From Nemertoderma westbladi (taxonomy: Eukaryota > Animalia > Xenacoelomorpha), in contig JAUCBJ010000362.1 of NCBI GenBank assembly GCA_032718475.1, positions 1-45,815 of the forward strand: DNA of 45,815 nt. The letters are read 5' to 3'. The position numbers and the translations under genes are program-made. The notes under the pieces are model-generated. The model saw only the letters and a list, made by a program, of their open reading frames with translations. It was not told the origin of the DNA and ran no database searches. Positions 1 through 11,783 of the stretch are shown here, piece after piece (within the stretch, counting starts at the first letter, position 1; each line of letters begins with the position of its first letter).

Positions 1-1193
1 ATCATAGTAAACATGTACAGAATAACAAGAGTCCCACAAGAAATTAAAACAAATAAGTTAGTGCCAGTTCCCAAGAAGGGCAACCTAACATTTTATGGTT
101 CTTTTCGGGGAATCTCATTGATCTCGATTGCTGCAAAGCTATACAATAGAATTCTATTAAATCGCATCAGGGATCCCATTGAGAGACTGCTTCTTGGAAA
201 GCAGGAATGGGTTCCGTAAAGGTCGTGGAACCATGGAGACCATTTTGGCACTTAGAAGGATAATTGAAGAGTTATCAAAAAAGACAGGCATCTGGCTGTT
301 ATCTTTGTTGACTTCTTCCAAGGCCTTTGATTCAGTCTCTTGCTTACGTATGTTCAGCATACGTTCATTACATGGGATTCCTGATGAATTAATGCAGTAT
401 ACGATGGTTTGACAACATTTGTGAACCAGCACAGAACCATTTGAAGTATTATATGGAGTCCTCCGGAGAGACACACTTGAGCCATTCTTGTTCATAATTG
501 TAGTTGACTATGTTCTAAGCATGTCCTTAGCTCATCATAATGATGATGGGGTGATGGTAACTCCACCTACTGGCTCCAGAAGTCGAGGAAATCCTGCCAA
601 GTACCTAACTGATCTAGACTTTGCTGATGACTTGGGAGTAGGAGTACTCTCAGAATCACTAGAGGGAGCCCAACGGCTCCTCAGCTCATTAGAACAGGCT
701 GCTTCTAGTGTTAACTTTTTATTAACTCCAAGATTTCCAAAATTATGTCAGTTAACTTTGAAAGTCCTCAGCAAGTCTCTGATCGGATGAGCATAAGCTC
801 AAAGGATAGTATGCTTGAGCATGTGGACGACTTCTGTTACCTGGGATCATGGATCCGGACGTCAGGTGAGGACCTTCCAATACGTAAGGGAAAGGCATGG
901 GCAGCCTTGAATAGGCTTTCCAGGATTTGGAAGTCACATAGAATTAATCGGAAACTTAAGGTCCGATTATTTAGACCAGCAGTAGTTCCAGTACTCCTCT
1001 ATGGGGGTCCATGCTGGGCTCTAACTGCCGAGGATACCAAATCTCTGGATGGTACATTCACAAGAATGCTACGCCTGGTTCAGGCCTGGTCAAGTACAGT
1101 ACAATGCACACATCTCTAACCAGACACTATATAACATTGGAGGTGTCTCATTGGTTCCCCAAGCTTGACACTAGAACAAAATCGCCTCCGCTT
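1..1193 (+). mobile_element. RTE-clade non-LTR retrotransposon, degenerate RT region (copy 1, 5' part)
   Basis: Frameshifted RT motifs: VPVPKKG..FRGISLISIAAKLYNRILLNR, NGFRKGRGT, KAFDSV, DLDFADDL, FCYLGSWI, KVRLFR..V.PVLLYG. Closely similar to 33056-33940. Confidence 0.9.
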
Positions 1194-1259
1194 AGGGCTC
1201 CTAGCGCTTTATGATGAAAAATTTCCATGATACAACACCCAATACGTAACTAAAATTCT

Positions 1260-1580
1260 CAGATGGGGAGGGGGGAGGGGGGGGGGGTGGCTGGGCTTTC
1301 GTTGCATACAATCAAATTCCATTCCCGTCCAGGGGAAAACAAATTCAAATAACAGTTGAATATTCTCTACAATAAAACTGTAACACTAGTCAAACAAGCC
1401 TGAAATCAGGAGATAGAGGGGGAAACTCGACGCAAAACCCGCCTTGGCGAATTAATATCCCGCCTCAATGTTAAATTCTCAATTAATTTAGGGAAAGGAG
1501 CAGGCTATAGTGGCACGTTATTTTAACCAAAACACAAAACTAAACACAATAGAACAGGTTACAGTTTTATTATTGAGAGT
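1260..1580. mobile_element. Two partial, oppositely oriented copies of a ~250-bp MITE family (AGATAGGGG ends)
   Basis: 1409-1580 aligns with 5441-5610 and with the reverse complement of 44545-44708. 1260-1385 matches the other end of the element. Confidence 0.7.
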
Positions 1581-1914
1581 TATTATTGATGTTCTGGAAC
1601 ATGGTTTGAACGGATTCGGTTCGGGAGATTCTTGCCATCTCATATGCGTTTGCTCATATTGCCATGCAGCTGCATAAGTCAGTAAGTGCAAGCCGGATTT
1701 ATCAGGGGAACGAATTTAGATCTAAAGGCCTGACTTTGGTGATATCAGATGAACATACAGTAGATCCTACCTCGGCGAAGTTAGATCACACTTACAGACT
1801 TATATTCATGTTTATAGCTGTAAAGAGTAACGACAATACCTGTGTAATACCACAATACAGTAGATGCAAAGCGAACATAGATACTATTCGAACTTGTGCA
1901 GAGACTTGTATAAT

Positions 1915-2015
1915 AAATGTTATGGGTGATAGGGAGTTGTGGCGGCGCAATTTTGTCGACAAGCCGACACAGCATTCTTAAAAATGCATCTGCAATGCCG
2001 ATCCTAGTAGTAGCA
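1915..2015 (+). mobile_element. 3' end of RTE copy 1
   Basis: Encodes VMGDRELWRRNFVDKPTQHS* followed by gccgatcctagtag, matching 33836-33940. Confidence 0.85.
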
Positions 2016-2539
2016 TAGCAGCTAGACATCCATAAATAAAATGTTCGAGGTTGTGTTTTTATAATAGAATAAATGGCCTCCAGAAACGATAATTCTTGCA
2101 CCCGTTTGTATGCTAATAGACTGTGAGTAAAACTGGGTGTTGGCTTGTGTCATCAGACAATGACACTATATTACATTGTATAGGACGCGGTTTTTTGTAT
2201 TTTCACAACACATTTTGACCCTAACAATAAACATACTATTTATCTTATATAATTCTGAGTCTGGGGTTACATTGCGTGTTACTTTCAGTTGAACATAATA
2301 AATAAATTAATAATAATTAATATTAATAAATAATAATTAATAAATTTGAATCTTCACCGTCAAATTGAAATGTTTCGCACTGATTTCCACGAGCTAAAAT
2401 TAATAAATAAAACCCTGACCCGTACTCTCTCACAACACCAACACAAACTATATTAAACTTTTAGTATAAATAAAAAATACTGACATTATTGAAAGAAATT
2501 ATTGGTTCAAAGTTAATTAATTATTTGGCTTGCTTTGGT

Positions 2540-3350
2540 AAAACATACAATACGGTACGAAAACGGATTTTCGTATTTCGTATCGCATTATTTTATTCGT
2601 ATCGAATTTCCTATCGTATCTTAAAAATTAACTTCGTATCGTATAATACGAATAAATACTTTTCGTATATCGTATCGTATTTTAGTATCAGTATAAATTA
2701 GGTAACAGCTTACAGTTTTATTATGTAATAAAATGTGTAAGACAGGAGGATCGTTAATCACATTGTAATTAACTGTAGAATAATGATAAAAAGATCACTG
2801 AAATATAATCTAATAAAATTTGAATAAACTTTGTGAGGAGAACTCTAACCGAGCCTATAAGGCATTGATGTTATGATAAAGGCCCTAGTGAGAGAATAAA
2901 ATAAATAAAACACGGTTTTATTCTTGTATTAGTTTAACTTTTATTCCATATTGGTACATCAAATTCAAAAGTATTCCATAAATAAAGGTACCGGTAGCAG
3001 TTTAGTACAGTATGCATAAAGTGGCGTGACGCCTACTCACAGGGCCGCGTGTTGCATAACGTCCTTTATGGATGATATATAGCCAGTAGACACACTATTG
3101 CTGCGGCAAGCATTCTGGAACAATGAAAAAAATTGCCGATTATAAAGAGATTTATATGATTTTCTAAGTGAAATACAAAATACAATACAATATTTTATAA
3201 ACTCTTAGATAAAATACGATACGAAAAAAATACGAAACTTTTTTCGTATTTCGTATCGTATCTTGGATTTTTTGTATCATATCGTATCGTATTTTCGTAT
3301 CGTATCGTATTTTCGCATCGTATCGTATTTTCGTATCGTATCCTGCCCTG
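2540..3350. repeat. MITE-like remnant with CGTATCGTATTTT subterminal repeats
   Basis: Clusters of cgtat/atacg repeats at 2545-2685 and 3213-3342, ending in tatcctgccctg (CAGGGC-type hAT-like end on the minus strand). Only one terminus is visible. Confidence 0.55.
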
Positions 3351-3908
3351 CCCCTGATACGAATTTAATTTTCGTATTTCTTTATAACAATGTTTATGAA
3401 GTTTTAATGATAAGGTCTAATAATTATATAGTTTATAAAACTTATTCATTCAAATTTAATAGCACATCAAAATCCTTAAAATGAATGTTAATACATTTAA
3501 TTAATTAAACCAAAAATAAAATGAACTAACAACAGGAGCTTAGCAGCATAGTAAATTCTCCAGTCCGTTACATAAGCATTGGAAGGTGTTTAGAAAAAAA
3601 GTTGTCGTAAAATTCTAGAGTGCGCGGATGTTGCAGGTAACTTTGTGATAAATAAAGACTAGAGGCGCCTCATAAAACCTTATCATTGCTTGTTGGCTGT
3701 TGGAAAAATAGGCAAACTATCTTAAGTAATTTTGGTCCATATCGTATCGCGCCCCTCCTGTATCAAAGACATATTTAGGGGCATCATTCAGATGAACTGC
3801 ACTGTAGATCCTTTTTGAGACATCCAAAGTTTGTTCAATCTCGATACGGGAACTCCCTGACTGACGGACTGTTGGTAGATGTTTGGAGGTTCACAGACGA
3901 CCAGATAT

Positions 3909-4649
3909 TCACTCGCCTTCTGTACCCGCTGGCCATCCCTCCCTCATGTCATCCTCAAACTCCCAATCTATATCACCCTCCTCTTCGACGTCGCCACCCG
4001 CGCGACCAATCTCCAAGCCAGCAGCCAACCGCAACCCCCCCACCCCTGTCTCCAACCCCCCGACATCCCCCCTATCCCGTGCGAATCTATCCGAATGCAT
4101 TTTCTTCCTCCTTTCCTCGCCTTCTCTCTTTAGCCTCTCGAACTCCGGAAGATATTCAGTGGTGTACTCAACAACAGCCTCGTCAATGACCTTCAATAAC
4201 TCATCGATTCCCGCGCCTGTTGTGGAAGAAACCCCAACACAACGTAGATTCTCATAAAATTCACTTAAAGTCAAACTTAAAGATCGACAAAGCGAAGATG
4301 AGTAGGAACTCTCGGCCGAAACAGCTTCGTCGAAAAGTTCAAAATCCTTCATCCAATCGACCGCGAAACCATGATCAACCACGTCGATCTTATTGAGCGC
4401 GATAATAAAAGGCAAACGGAACTTGTATAGAATGCTGCAGGCGTAGAGCATGTTGCTCATAAACGTTATCGGGTTGGTGCTGCGAGGGGTGTCCATGACG
4501 TATATGATTACGGTGGGTTGTGATGAGGCCAAAGACTCCGCTATGATGGACCCCGACGTTGACCAGGTGAAGACCTCGATCTGACCTGGAGTGTCTACGA
4601 TAACAAGGGAAGTAGCTGAATTCGCACGTTTATCAATAAAATCCATCGC
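3909..4649 (-). CDS. GPN1: GPN-loop GTPase 1, exon 2 (terminal)
   Basis: [57 protein letters not shown] and an acidic tail. Acceptor ttttcttatAG|GCG at 4650/4649; TGA at 3911-3909. Confidence 0.96.
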   Translation of the reverse strand, partial: AMDFIDKRANSATSLVIVDTPGQIEVFTWSTSGSIIAESLASSQPTVIIYVMDTPRSTNPITFMSNMLYACSILYKFRLPFIIALNKIDVVDHGFAVDWMKDFELFDEAVSAESSYSSSLCRSLSLTLSEFYENLRCVGVSSTTGAGIDELLKVIDEAVVEYTTEYLPEFERLKREGEERRKKMHSDRFARDRGDVGGLETGVGGLRLAAGLEIGRAGGDVEEEGDIDWEFEDDMREGWPAGTEGE

Positions 4650-4919
4650 CTATAAGAAAAACAATTATACAATTATAATTGTATTATAAAACCTTGGAAT
4701 TTAATCGAAATCAAAATTAAATTGCTACTTTTCGCTGGAATATACCGCAAAATCGGGAGAAAAAGGGAGTACTTTTTTTCCCTAGGGAAAAAGTAACCCA
4801 TAGGATGATTGCATTGATTTTACTTTTTTTCCCGGCGAAAAAAAGTAAAATAAAATAGTTTTACAGGAAATAAAACGTTTCTTAAATTTAATACATGTGT
4901 TGAAAGAACATCGAAATAA

Positions 4920-5119
4920 ATATTGAGCCAGCGCTATTGAGAACTGCGCAAAATTGGTGCGCACGTCAAAAAACTGCGCGAGGACGCCGTGCGCGCGTGC
5001 GGAGCAAAAAAAAACAGCGCGAAAATAACGTATATATAATCAATTAGCAAAACAGCAGCAAAACTGCGCCAAGAATTTGGGCCGAGTAAAAATCAAAATC
5101 TTGCTAGGCTACGCTACTG
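4920..5119. mobile_element. Intronic DNA-transposon remnant with GCGC-rich subterminal repeats
   Basis: Repeated aactgcgc/gcgcaaa motifs ending in ggctacgctactg (CAGTAGCGTAGCC-type TIR on the minus strand). The other end was not found. Confidence 0.45.
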
Positions 5120-5440
5120 CTTCGGTACTGTATCAAAAGTTACGGTGAAACTTTTGAGAACTATCCACTCATTATGTAATCAAAGTTAACATAATAATCA
5201 GTTATCCCGCCTCGCCTATATCTAAATTTAAAATTCTGAACCGGTGCATGCTCCAGGGTGGGTTCCATAACGTTAGTTACTTTTTACTCACTATCTTTCC
5301 AATGGGAAGAGACCCGGATTCAAGTTATATATCTGAATCACAATAATAAAGTTTTGTAGTGGGTAAAAAATTTAATAAATAAAATATAGTTGCATTGTTA
5401 TTAATTTACAATACAGGTTATCCTGTTATTATATGAATAA

Positions 5441-5685
5441 CAGAGACAAGGGGGAAACTGGACGCACCATCCCACCTTGGCGAATTAATATCTCGCCTCA
5501 ATGTTAAATTCTCAATTTAGGAAAAGGAACAGGTTATAGTGGCACGTTATTTTAGCCAAAACAATAAACTAAACAAACACAATAGAACAGGTTACAGTTT
5601 TATTTTTGAGAACAATCAACTGTTATTTGCGTCGAATTTCCCCTGGAAAGGGAAGACTTTTTATTGCAGTTTCTCCCCCTATCTG
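5441..5685. mobile_element. ~250-bp MITE in the GPN1 intron
   Basis: Inner inverted repeat ggggaaactggacgca / tgcgtcgaatttcccc and outer end ccccctatctg. Homologous to 1409-1580 and 44447-44708. Confidence 0.75.
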
Positions 5686-6059
5686 GAAAAACAAAACCAA
5701 TCCGCAACTAGAATGGATACTTTACATAATCATCCCCAGTATAATTATGTATGATGGAACTGAAATGAATATTGTCATAAAAGTCATTGAAGTATTACAT
5801 TATAAATAAAACTGCAATGAAATAATGTAAAACTAAAATACGTAGATTTTCGGTACTAAATATATCTCATCTCGGCGAATTCACAATGTGGATTACATAG
5901 GCCTAATTAATTAATACAATTTAAACTCACCCAAAACAGTTACTATCTACGACTGTAACGGTACTACTAGTTCGCGGTACAAAAACGGCAGAATCTGCCT
6001 GAGAGAGTATTAATAAAACGCAAAAGTAAATAAAATATATAATACGTGAATAAATAAAC

Positions 6060-6428
6060 CTGATGGAATCGAGTGGCGAATAGATTGAGGGAAGTAACAA
6101 TCGCCCCGTTCGGACCCAACCTGTACTGCTGCATTATCTGTTTGTAATCGATTGTATCTCGGATATCGATGTTAGCAGGGAATGCGACTTCCTTAACGGC
6201 CGGGTCGAGATTCACGTTGTACGACGGCCGCTGTAGCCGGCGCAATTCCTCCGTTAGACGACGCACGAGCGTTGTCTTACCCGAGCCCGCCATACCGAGA
6301 ATGATTACAACGCCCGCAGAGTCAGCTGGTTTAGCGGTACCGGTAGAAGGTTGTAGAGGGGGATCATTGGTTCCTGTTACAGTTTCCATGTCTTCGGAGT
6401 GGTTTCCCCCAGTGGCCATAGCTGGCAT
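6060..6428 (-). CDS. GPN1: GPN-loop GTPase 1, exon 1
   Basis: P-loop [22 protein letters not shown] and the GPN loop [18 protein letters not shown]. First in-frame ATG at 6428 (alternative at 6419); the ORF-track start at 6434 is TTG. Confidence 0.96.
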
Positions 6429-6749
6429 TGACAATCCGACAAGATACCGGTACTGTCAATGTCGATGAGACTGCGGATAGCCAGCGAGGCAGGGAGGAGA
6501 GAGGCCTATATTCAGCTATTTACATTGCAGGTGCAGCATTGACAAACTGACAACTAGATTATTGACACCTAGGCCTATATTTCTGTATTTCAGCAACAGT
6601 ATTTCAGTATTTAAATGTTAACAGAATTATGGTCTGATGGTGCGGTGCACTTGTTGTTGGCCTACCGGTGCCGGTACCAGGTAGGCCTACTGTCTGACAT
6701 TTTGACTGAAGGCTCTTGAGGCTACAAGATCTGAAGATGCAAAATAATG

Positions 6750-8862
6750 GGGTAAATCTTTTCGACCTACGCGTAGGCCTACGCGTAGCTACGCGTAGCT
6801 ACGCGTAGTTTGTAACTTCCATTCCTGTCATTTACCGGTAGGGCCAGACTTACTGCCTTTTTAACAACTACGCGTAGGTGTTTTAAAACTACGCGTAGTT
6901 ATTTTGGAACTACGCGTAGGTATTTTGAAACTACGCGTAGGTGCTACGCGTAGCTACGCGTAGGTGCTACGCGTAGCAGTCCTGATAACAATGATTTTTC
7001 ATTTCAGGTCCGGTAGGGTTGAGTTGTTAGGCAAGTATCGGTATATGTCAGGTATCTGATTATCAGACAAATGTAATAACAGAATCGGAAACTCATATCT
7101 CTACATACAGCACTGGTAATAAATAATATTCGGCTCTTTCACATACAAACACAGAGGATGAATAAAAAGTAAACTTAAAATTCACGTCTCATGATTCAAG
7201 TATCTTTGTTTCCATTGGATTATTTAAATATTGAACAGTAGTAAATAAAGCGACCAGTCTACCGGTGAAGAGGTTAAGCGAAAGCTGATAAATACTGCAT
7301 ATAATCAAATTGTTTGGTCAAATAACAAGTGCAGCCAATCATGGTAGACAATTTAGTCTCCCCCTTCCCTTGTCAAGGGGTTAACATATTAAATACAGTA
7401 TATCCTTGCCCTATCGTGAACAAAGGCAATAAAAAGCACAGAGAATCGATAAGAACCATCGGCCTATTTCCTTTCTGCCGTTGTAAACTATTTTTGAACT
7501 CTAAACATTAATTATTAACACATTTTACCGCCCGCAACGCATGAAGTGAAGAATATGTAGTCTTAGCGTATTCCTCTATATAGAGTATACAGGTATAGGA
7601 TACATTACTGTTGAAAGCATTTGATGGTTGTGGGTTGTTTATTGAACATACTACCGTATTGTCTTATTTTAGTACTGAACCGCTTGGAATACGTAGGCCT
7701 TAATGATAAACGACGTATAGGCATAGTTATGGGTAGCACCTATGCGTAGGTCGCGTAGGACCTACGCGTAGGTCGCGTAGGACCTACGCGTAGCTACGCG
7801 TAGCACCTACGCGTAGTTATTGTTAAAACTCTGAAACTGGTGATATATGACCCAATGTTGCGAACTACGCGTAGCTACGCGTAGCTACGCGTAGGCCTAC
7901 GCGTAGGCCAGGTTGGAATTCATGCATGAGCGCGCAGGTACGCTTTGTTGTTTTGAAATCACCGCGCACCTGAAATTGGCTCGTCGCGCACCTCATCATA
8001 TGTCATAATCCAAACAAAATCGCGCAGCTCATGTCATGCATATCTCAAAAAATCGCACAGTTCATAAGAACAATTTTACATTCCTATTTTACAAGTTTGA
8101 GCGTTTTAAGCTTATCTTTACGTATGTCTGTCTGTACGTTGAATCTAGGCTTACATAATAAATGTAATTTTTGCAACATCAAAATTGTTAATATTAAAAA
8201 ATATTTTTTTAATCCACTACTATGGTGGCCCATCGGGCTCACTGCTTTTATAACAGAAAATATTATTTTAGATTACAAACAAAACATGTACCGGTAATTT
8301 CAAAAAAACGAATATTGAAATAGGTACCGGTACCAGTCTGCCAATACAGCAATAATACTTTGTATAGGCCTACCTAACAATTAGGCTTAAACATACAGTT
8401 GGCTTATAATTAAGTCATACTTATAATACATTGTTACTTTCTGACTTTACCTGTTTACTAACGTAACATCGGCATAGCATAGACCTAATAACAATACAAC
8501 AATAGAGTACTGTAGTTAAAATAAATAGACAAATTCAGCTCCGGTTGCCGGTATCACAGTATTATGGTGAAGTGATTTGACTGTTTGAAGAATTGGAAAT
8601 GAGAAACTAATGCGAGCGCAGCGAGCGAAATTTTTTTGTGTATTTTCGTGATTTCAATTAATTTGTGGTGCGCATCAGACAGTCAGAGGCAGAGCTGCGC
8701 GCTGAGGCGCAACGCGCACCTGTCTCACACCCGAACGCGCACCTGTCTGCTGTCTCACCCAAACGCGCAACGCGCATCTGGTTTGCGGTCATTCGCGCAG
8801 GTACGCGTCCGAGTTTTACAGCATGAATTCCAACCTGGCGCGTAGGTCGAAAAGATTTACCC
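6750..8862. mobile_element. Non-autonomous DNA transposon with ~60-bp TIRs and CTACGCGTAG palindrome arrays (outer element)
   Basis: Left end GGGTAAATCTTTTCGACCTACGCGTAGG, right end CGCGTAGGTCGAAAAGATTTACCC. Removing the 7908-8838 insert and one TSD restores a perfect right TIR. The TSD is unclear (possibly AAT). Confidence 0.88.
7908..8838. mobile_element. hAT-like non-autonomous element (931 bp) nested in the right TIR of the outer element
   Basis: Perfect 18-bp TIR CCAGGTTGGAATTCATGC. 8-bp TSD CGCGTAGG at 7900-7907 and 8839-8846. Subterminal gcgcacct/gcgcag motifs. Confidence 0.9.
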
Positions 8863-11405
8863 AAATCTGCAAATAATGACGTGATGCAGGCTGCATCATG
8901 CTGTCATGCAGCTCGCTCCAGCCTCCAGCAGTCCAGCCTCCAGGACAGCAGGACGATGCCTAATGCATAATGCTGTAATGGCCAGATCAGCAGAAGGCTG
9001 GATGGTTATTACTGTAGGCCTATCTGCCTATCGCCTATACCTGTATACTGTATACCAGTATACAGCTATCGGCAGATAGGGCCTAACAGCCTAACACCCT
9101 AATCTGCTAATGACAGAATGAGCAATGCTACGGTACCGCTACTGAAATACACTGAAATAAACAAATTATTTTTAATTAAAAAAAAAAGCTGGAATGTAAG
9201 GGTCAGAATGCGGAATATAATGGTAGGACTATGAAAAATAGTACCGGTCAGCCTGTAGGCCTATATACCAGTACTTTCCGTTTGTCCCTTGGTAGTGATC
9301 TGTAATTTAAATTTCCCTCTTAGAACCAAAAAGTCGGTGTACAGCTGTATACAGGTATAGTGGAACACGAAGTGGGGCTTACGCTCAGCTCAGCACATCC
9401 TTCCATCCTAAAAATAAACTGACAGTCTCCATTGACGGACAATGTATTGCCGCTGCCTCTTGTTCACCAGCTCACGAGTTTTTGTAATAATGTCGCAAGT
9501 TTTGATACAGCCTGTCCTGTAGTACTTGTACAGTACTTGACAGCCACCCTTTTCCCTACAGCTGTTTTAGTCTGTTAGTGGGCGATTAAATGAACGCAAT
9601 ATTTATATTACAAAAATCAATAATTAGCCTAATCAATCAACAATTTCAATGATAAAAATATAATTGAACATAGAATGACCAATATTCCGATATTACTTCC
9701 CCGTGTATTGAGTTTTGCACTGGCTTGTATTCGTTGGATGGCCTTTGGGGACATCACATTACCGTCATCACTGGGTTTGCTAGGCCTGGGCTGGGTGATA
9801 ATGACTGCATAAACTATGTAAAATGGGGAATAATTATACTTTCCCACTATACATAACTTTGTATTGAGGTTACAGTTCGCACTCGTCGTGAATCCGCTTG
9901 GGGGGGGGGGGGGCAACTGCCCCCCCCCCCCCCCACCCCAGGTCTTTAAAATTCCTGAGTGCTCATTCATCCCATTTATGGTGGACATGTATTGGACAAA
10001 GAGAGTCGTTCAATAATTTAAACAAATAAATTGATCCCCGTGGTTGGACCATGGTGCAAATTATGGTGAATACTGTAGAAGACTAATCGAACAAAGTTAT
10101 CAACAAAGAAAGACAGGCATCTGGCTGTTATCTTTGGTTTCTAGTTTATATTCCAGCTATCAGAGTGCAAGTGTGACACACTTGCACCATTATTGTTCAT
10201 AATGGTGCTTGATTTTGTTCTACGCATGTTCTTGGACCATCTTAATAAACGCCACCTTCAAGGCAGAACCCCCTAAGTCGATTGTGTTTAATTTATTGTT
10301 TTGGTTAGAATAATGTGCAATTGCAACCCGCTCATTTCCCTTAATTTTTAATTTAACTTTGAGACGAAATATGAATTCGCCTAGATGGGTCAAATTACAC
10401 CCCCACCCCCCCCCCACCCCCTGTCTCCCCAACGATCGAACTTTCATGAATAACTTTTCTGACCGTTGTTGGGTGGTCGTTAAAGTACACACCCGCCGCT
10501 ACTGGCCTACCACCATGTCGCACGCCTGTATGTAGAACTTCCATTGAAGCAAAAAATCGTGAATGTTTAAATTTGATACTGATTGATGGGAAGGAACCGC
10601 GTTTTGTAATTCCTGCTGTCGAGTGCTCAGATAATGTTATTCAATTAACACGATTTATAGCAGATGGATACTTGTATCCACTACAAAACTTGTTGCGTTC
10701 GTCCTATACAACCTGGTCACCAAATATATGCCTTAAATGAATAAATATACCTTTGGCAATATTGGATAAAGTGCCACACCGTCTAATATACTAAACCAGG
10801 TTGTTTACGAGTTATTGTTAAAACACTCATCTTCATTACAACCCTCGTTGCACTCGTCCTGTACATCGGATCACCAAATAACTAACATAAGACATTCCAC
10901 CACCGGTGCTATCAAATTGACATATCGTCCAATATTCTGTACTAAAGCTTGCAAGTATAGTCAACATAATACTAGTCTCTTCATTAGCTCATCCTGAAGG
11001 CCCCACGCAAATTCTAATTGGAAAATTTATAAACTTTTACCAAACAACATGTGTAATAAGTTTGATTAGATTTCATCGAGAATTAGCCGAGTTATTAACA
11101 TTTCAAAACACGGACCTACAGATCTAGATAACGCTTACTTTCGTGGCTCGCCCCAGATTCACGCAGTAGGATAATTTGAACATAATATTAATGTGTTTCA
11201 TTTTATGTAAAGAAAGTAAAGTAAATAACTTAATTCTGTACCCTAGGAAGAACTGCTATAGTTTGAAGGTCGTAACATAATAACCTAACATAACACGTCC
11301 GTGGGGCCTTCGCGCAGCACGAGGCTCAGTTATGAGATACAAATTTAAATTAAATTTCAATTAAATTTCAATTAAATTTCTTCTACCTTTCTCACTGAAC
11401 ACTAG

Positions 11406-11783
11406 GCCTATGGTGTTGACGCGAAGATGGAGAAAGTGATTACAAACTATTTTGTTCAAGTTGCGTGGCGCGCTGGTGGATCTAAGTACATGTAAGTATA
11501 ATTATATTATAATGTATATACCTCAAAATTTAATTAAATATTATAATTTAATGCAATGGTGCGATTATGGGTATATAAAGAAAGATTAGTTTTGTATTAG
11601 ATAAATAATAGTGGTGAGGATTTGTGTGTTAAATATTATGTATGTGGGTGGGTTGGTTTAGGTTTGAGGATTTATAACATAATTTTCTTAACTTATATCA
11701 TGGAATACCGTTTCGCTGTCAACTTAATATTATGGTAATCTTAATTACTTTGCAGTGCTAGAAAAGTTGGAGGAGCCGAGTAG
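11406..11783 (+). pseudogene. Candidate last two exons of a spliced gene (11406-11491, 11756-11783), probably a transposon accessory gene remnant
   Basis: actAG acceptor, AT|GTAAGT donor and ttactttgcAG acceptor. Spliced product AYGVDAKMEKVITNYFVQVAWRAGGSKYIARKVGGAE*. AATAAA near 11961. Confidence 0.4.

Larger units (their letters stand above)
4650..6059 (-). other. GPN1 intron (1,410 bp, phase 0, GT-AG)
   Basis: CAG|GTTTAT donor and tatAG acceptor join FATRFHQ|AMDFIDK in frame, matching the family pattern FATRFDQVM.FI.K. Confidence 0.9.

Noticed and set aside
3815-4257. Pro/Ser-rich plus-strand ORFs (also 6169-6468)
   Set aside because: They are antisense shadows of the GPN1 exons.
9700-9810. 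Possible box C/D snoRNA or SINE on the minus strand (GTGATGA)
   Set aside because: No convincing D box, terminal stem or Pol III boxes.
10505-10740. Open frame beginning PPCRTPVCRTSI, resembling a RING-finger end
   Set aside because: There are no upstream RING ligands, start codon or clear splice sites.
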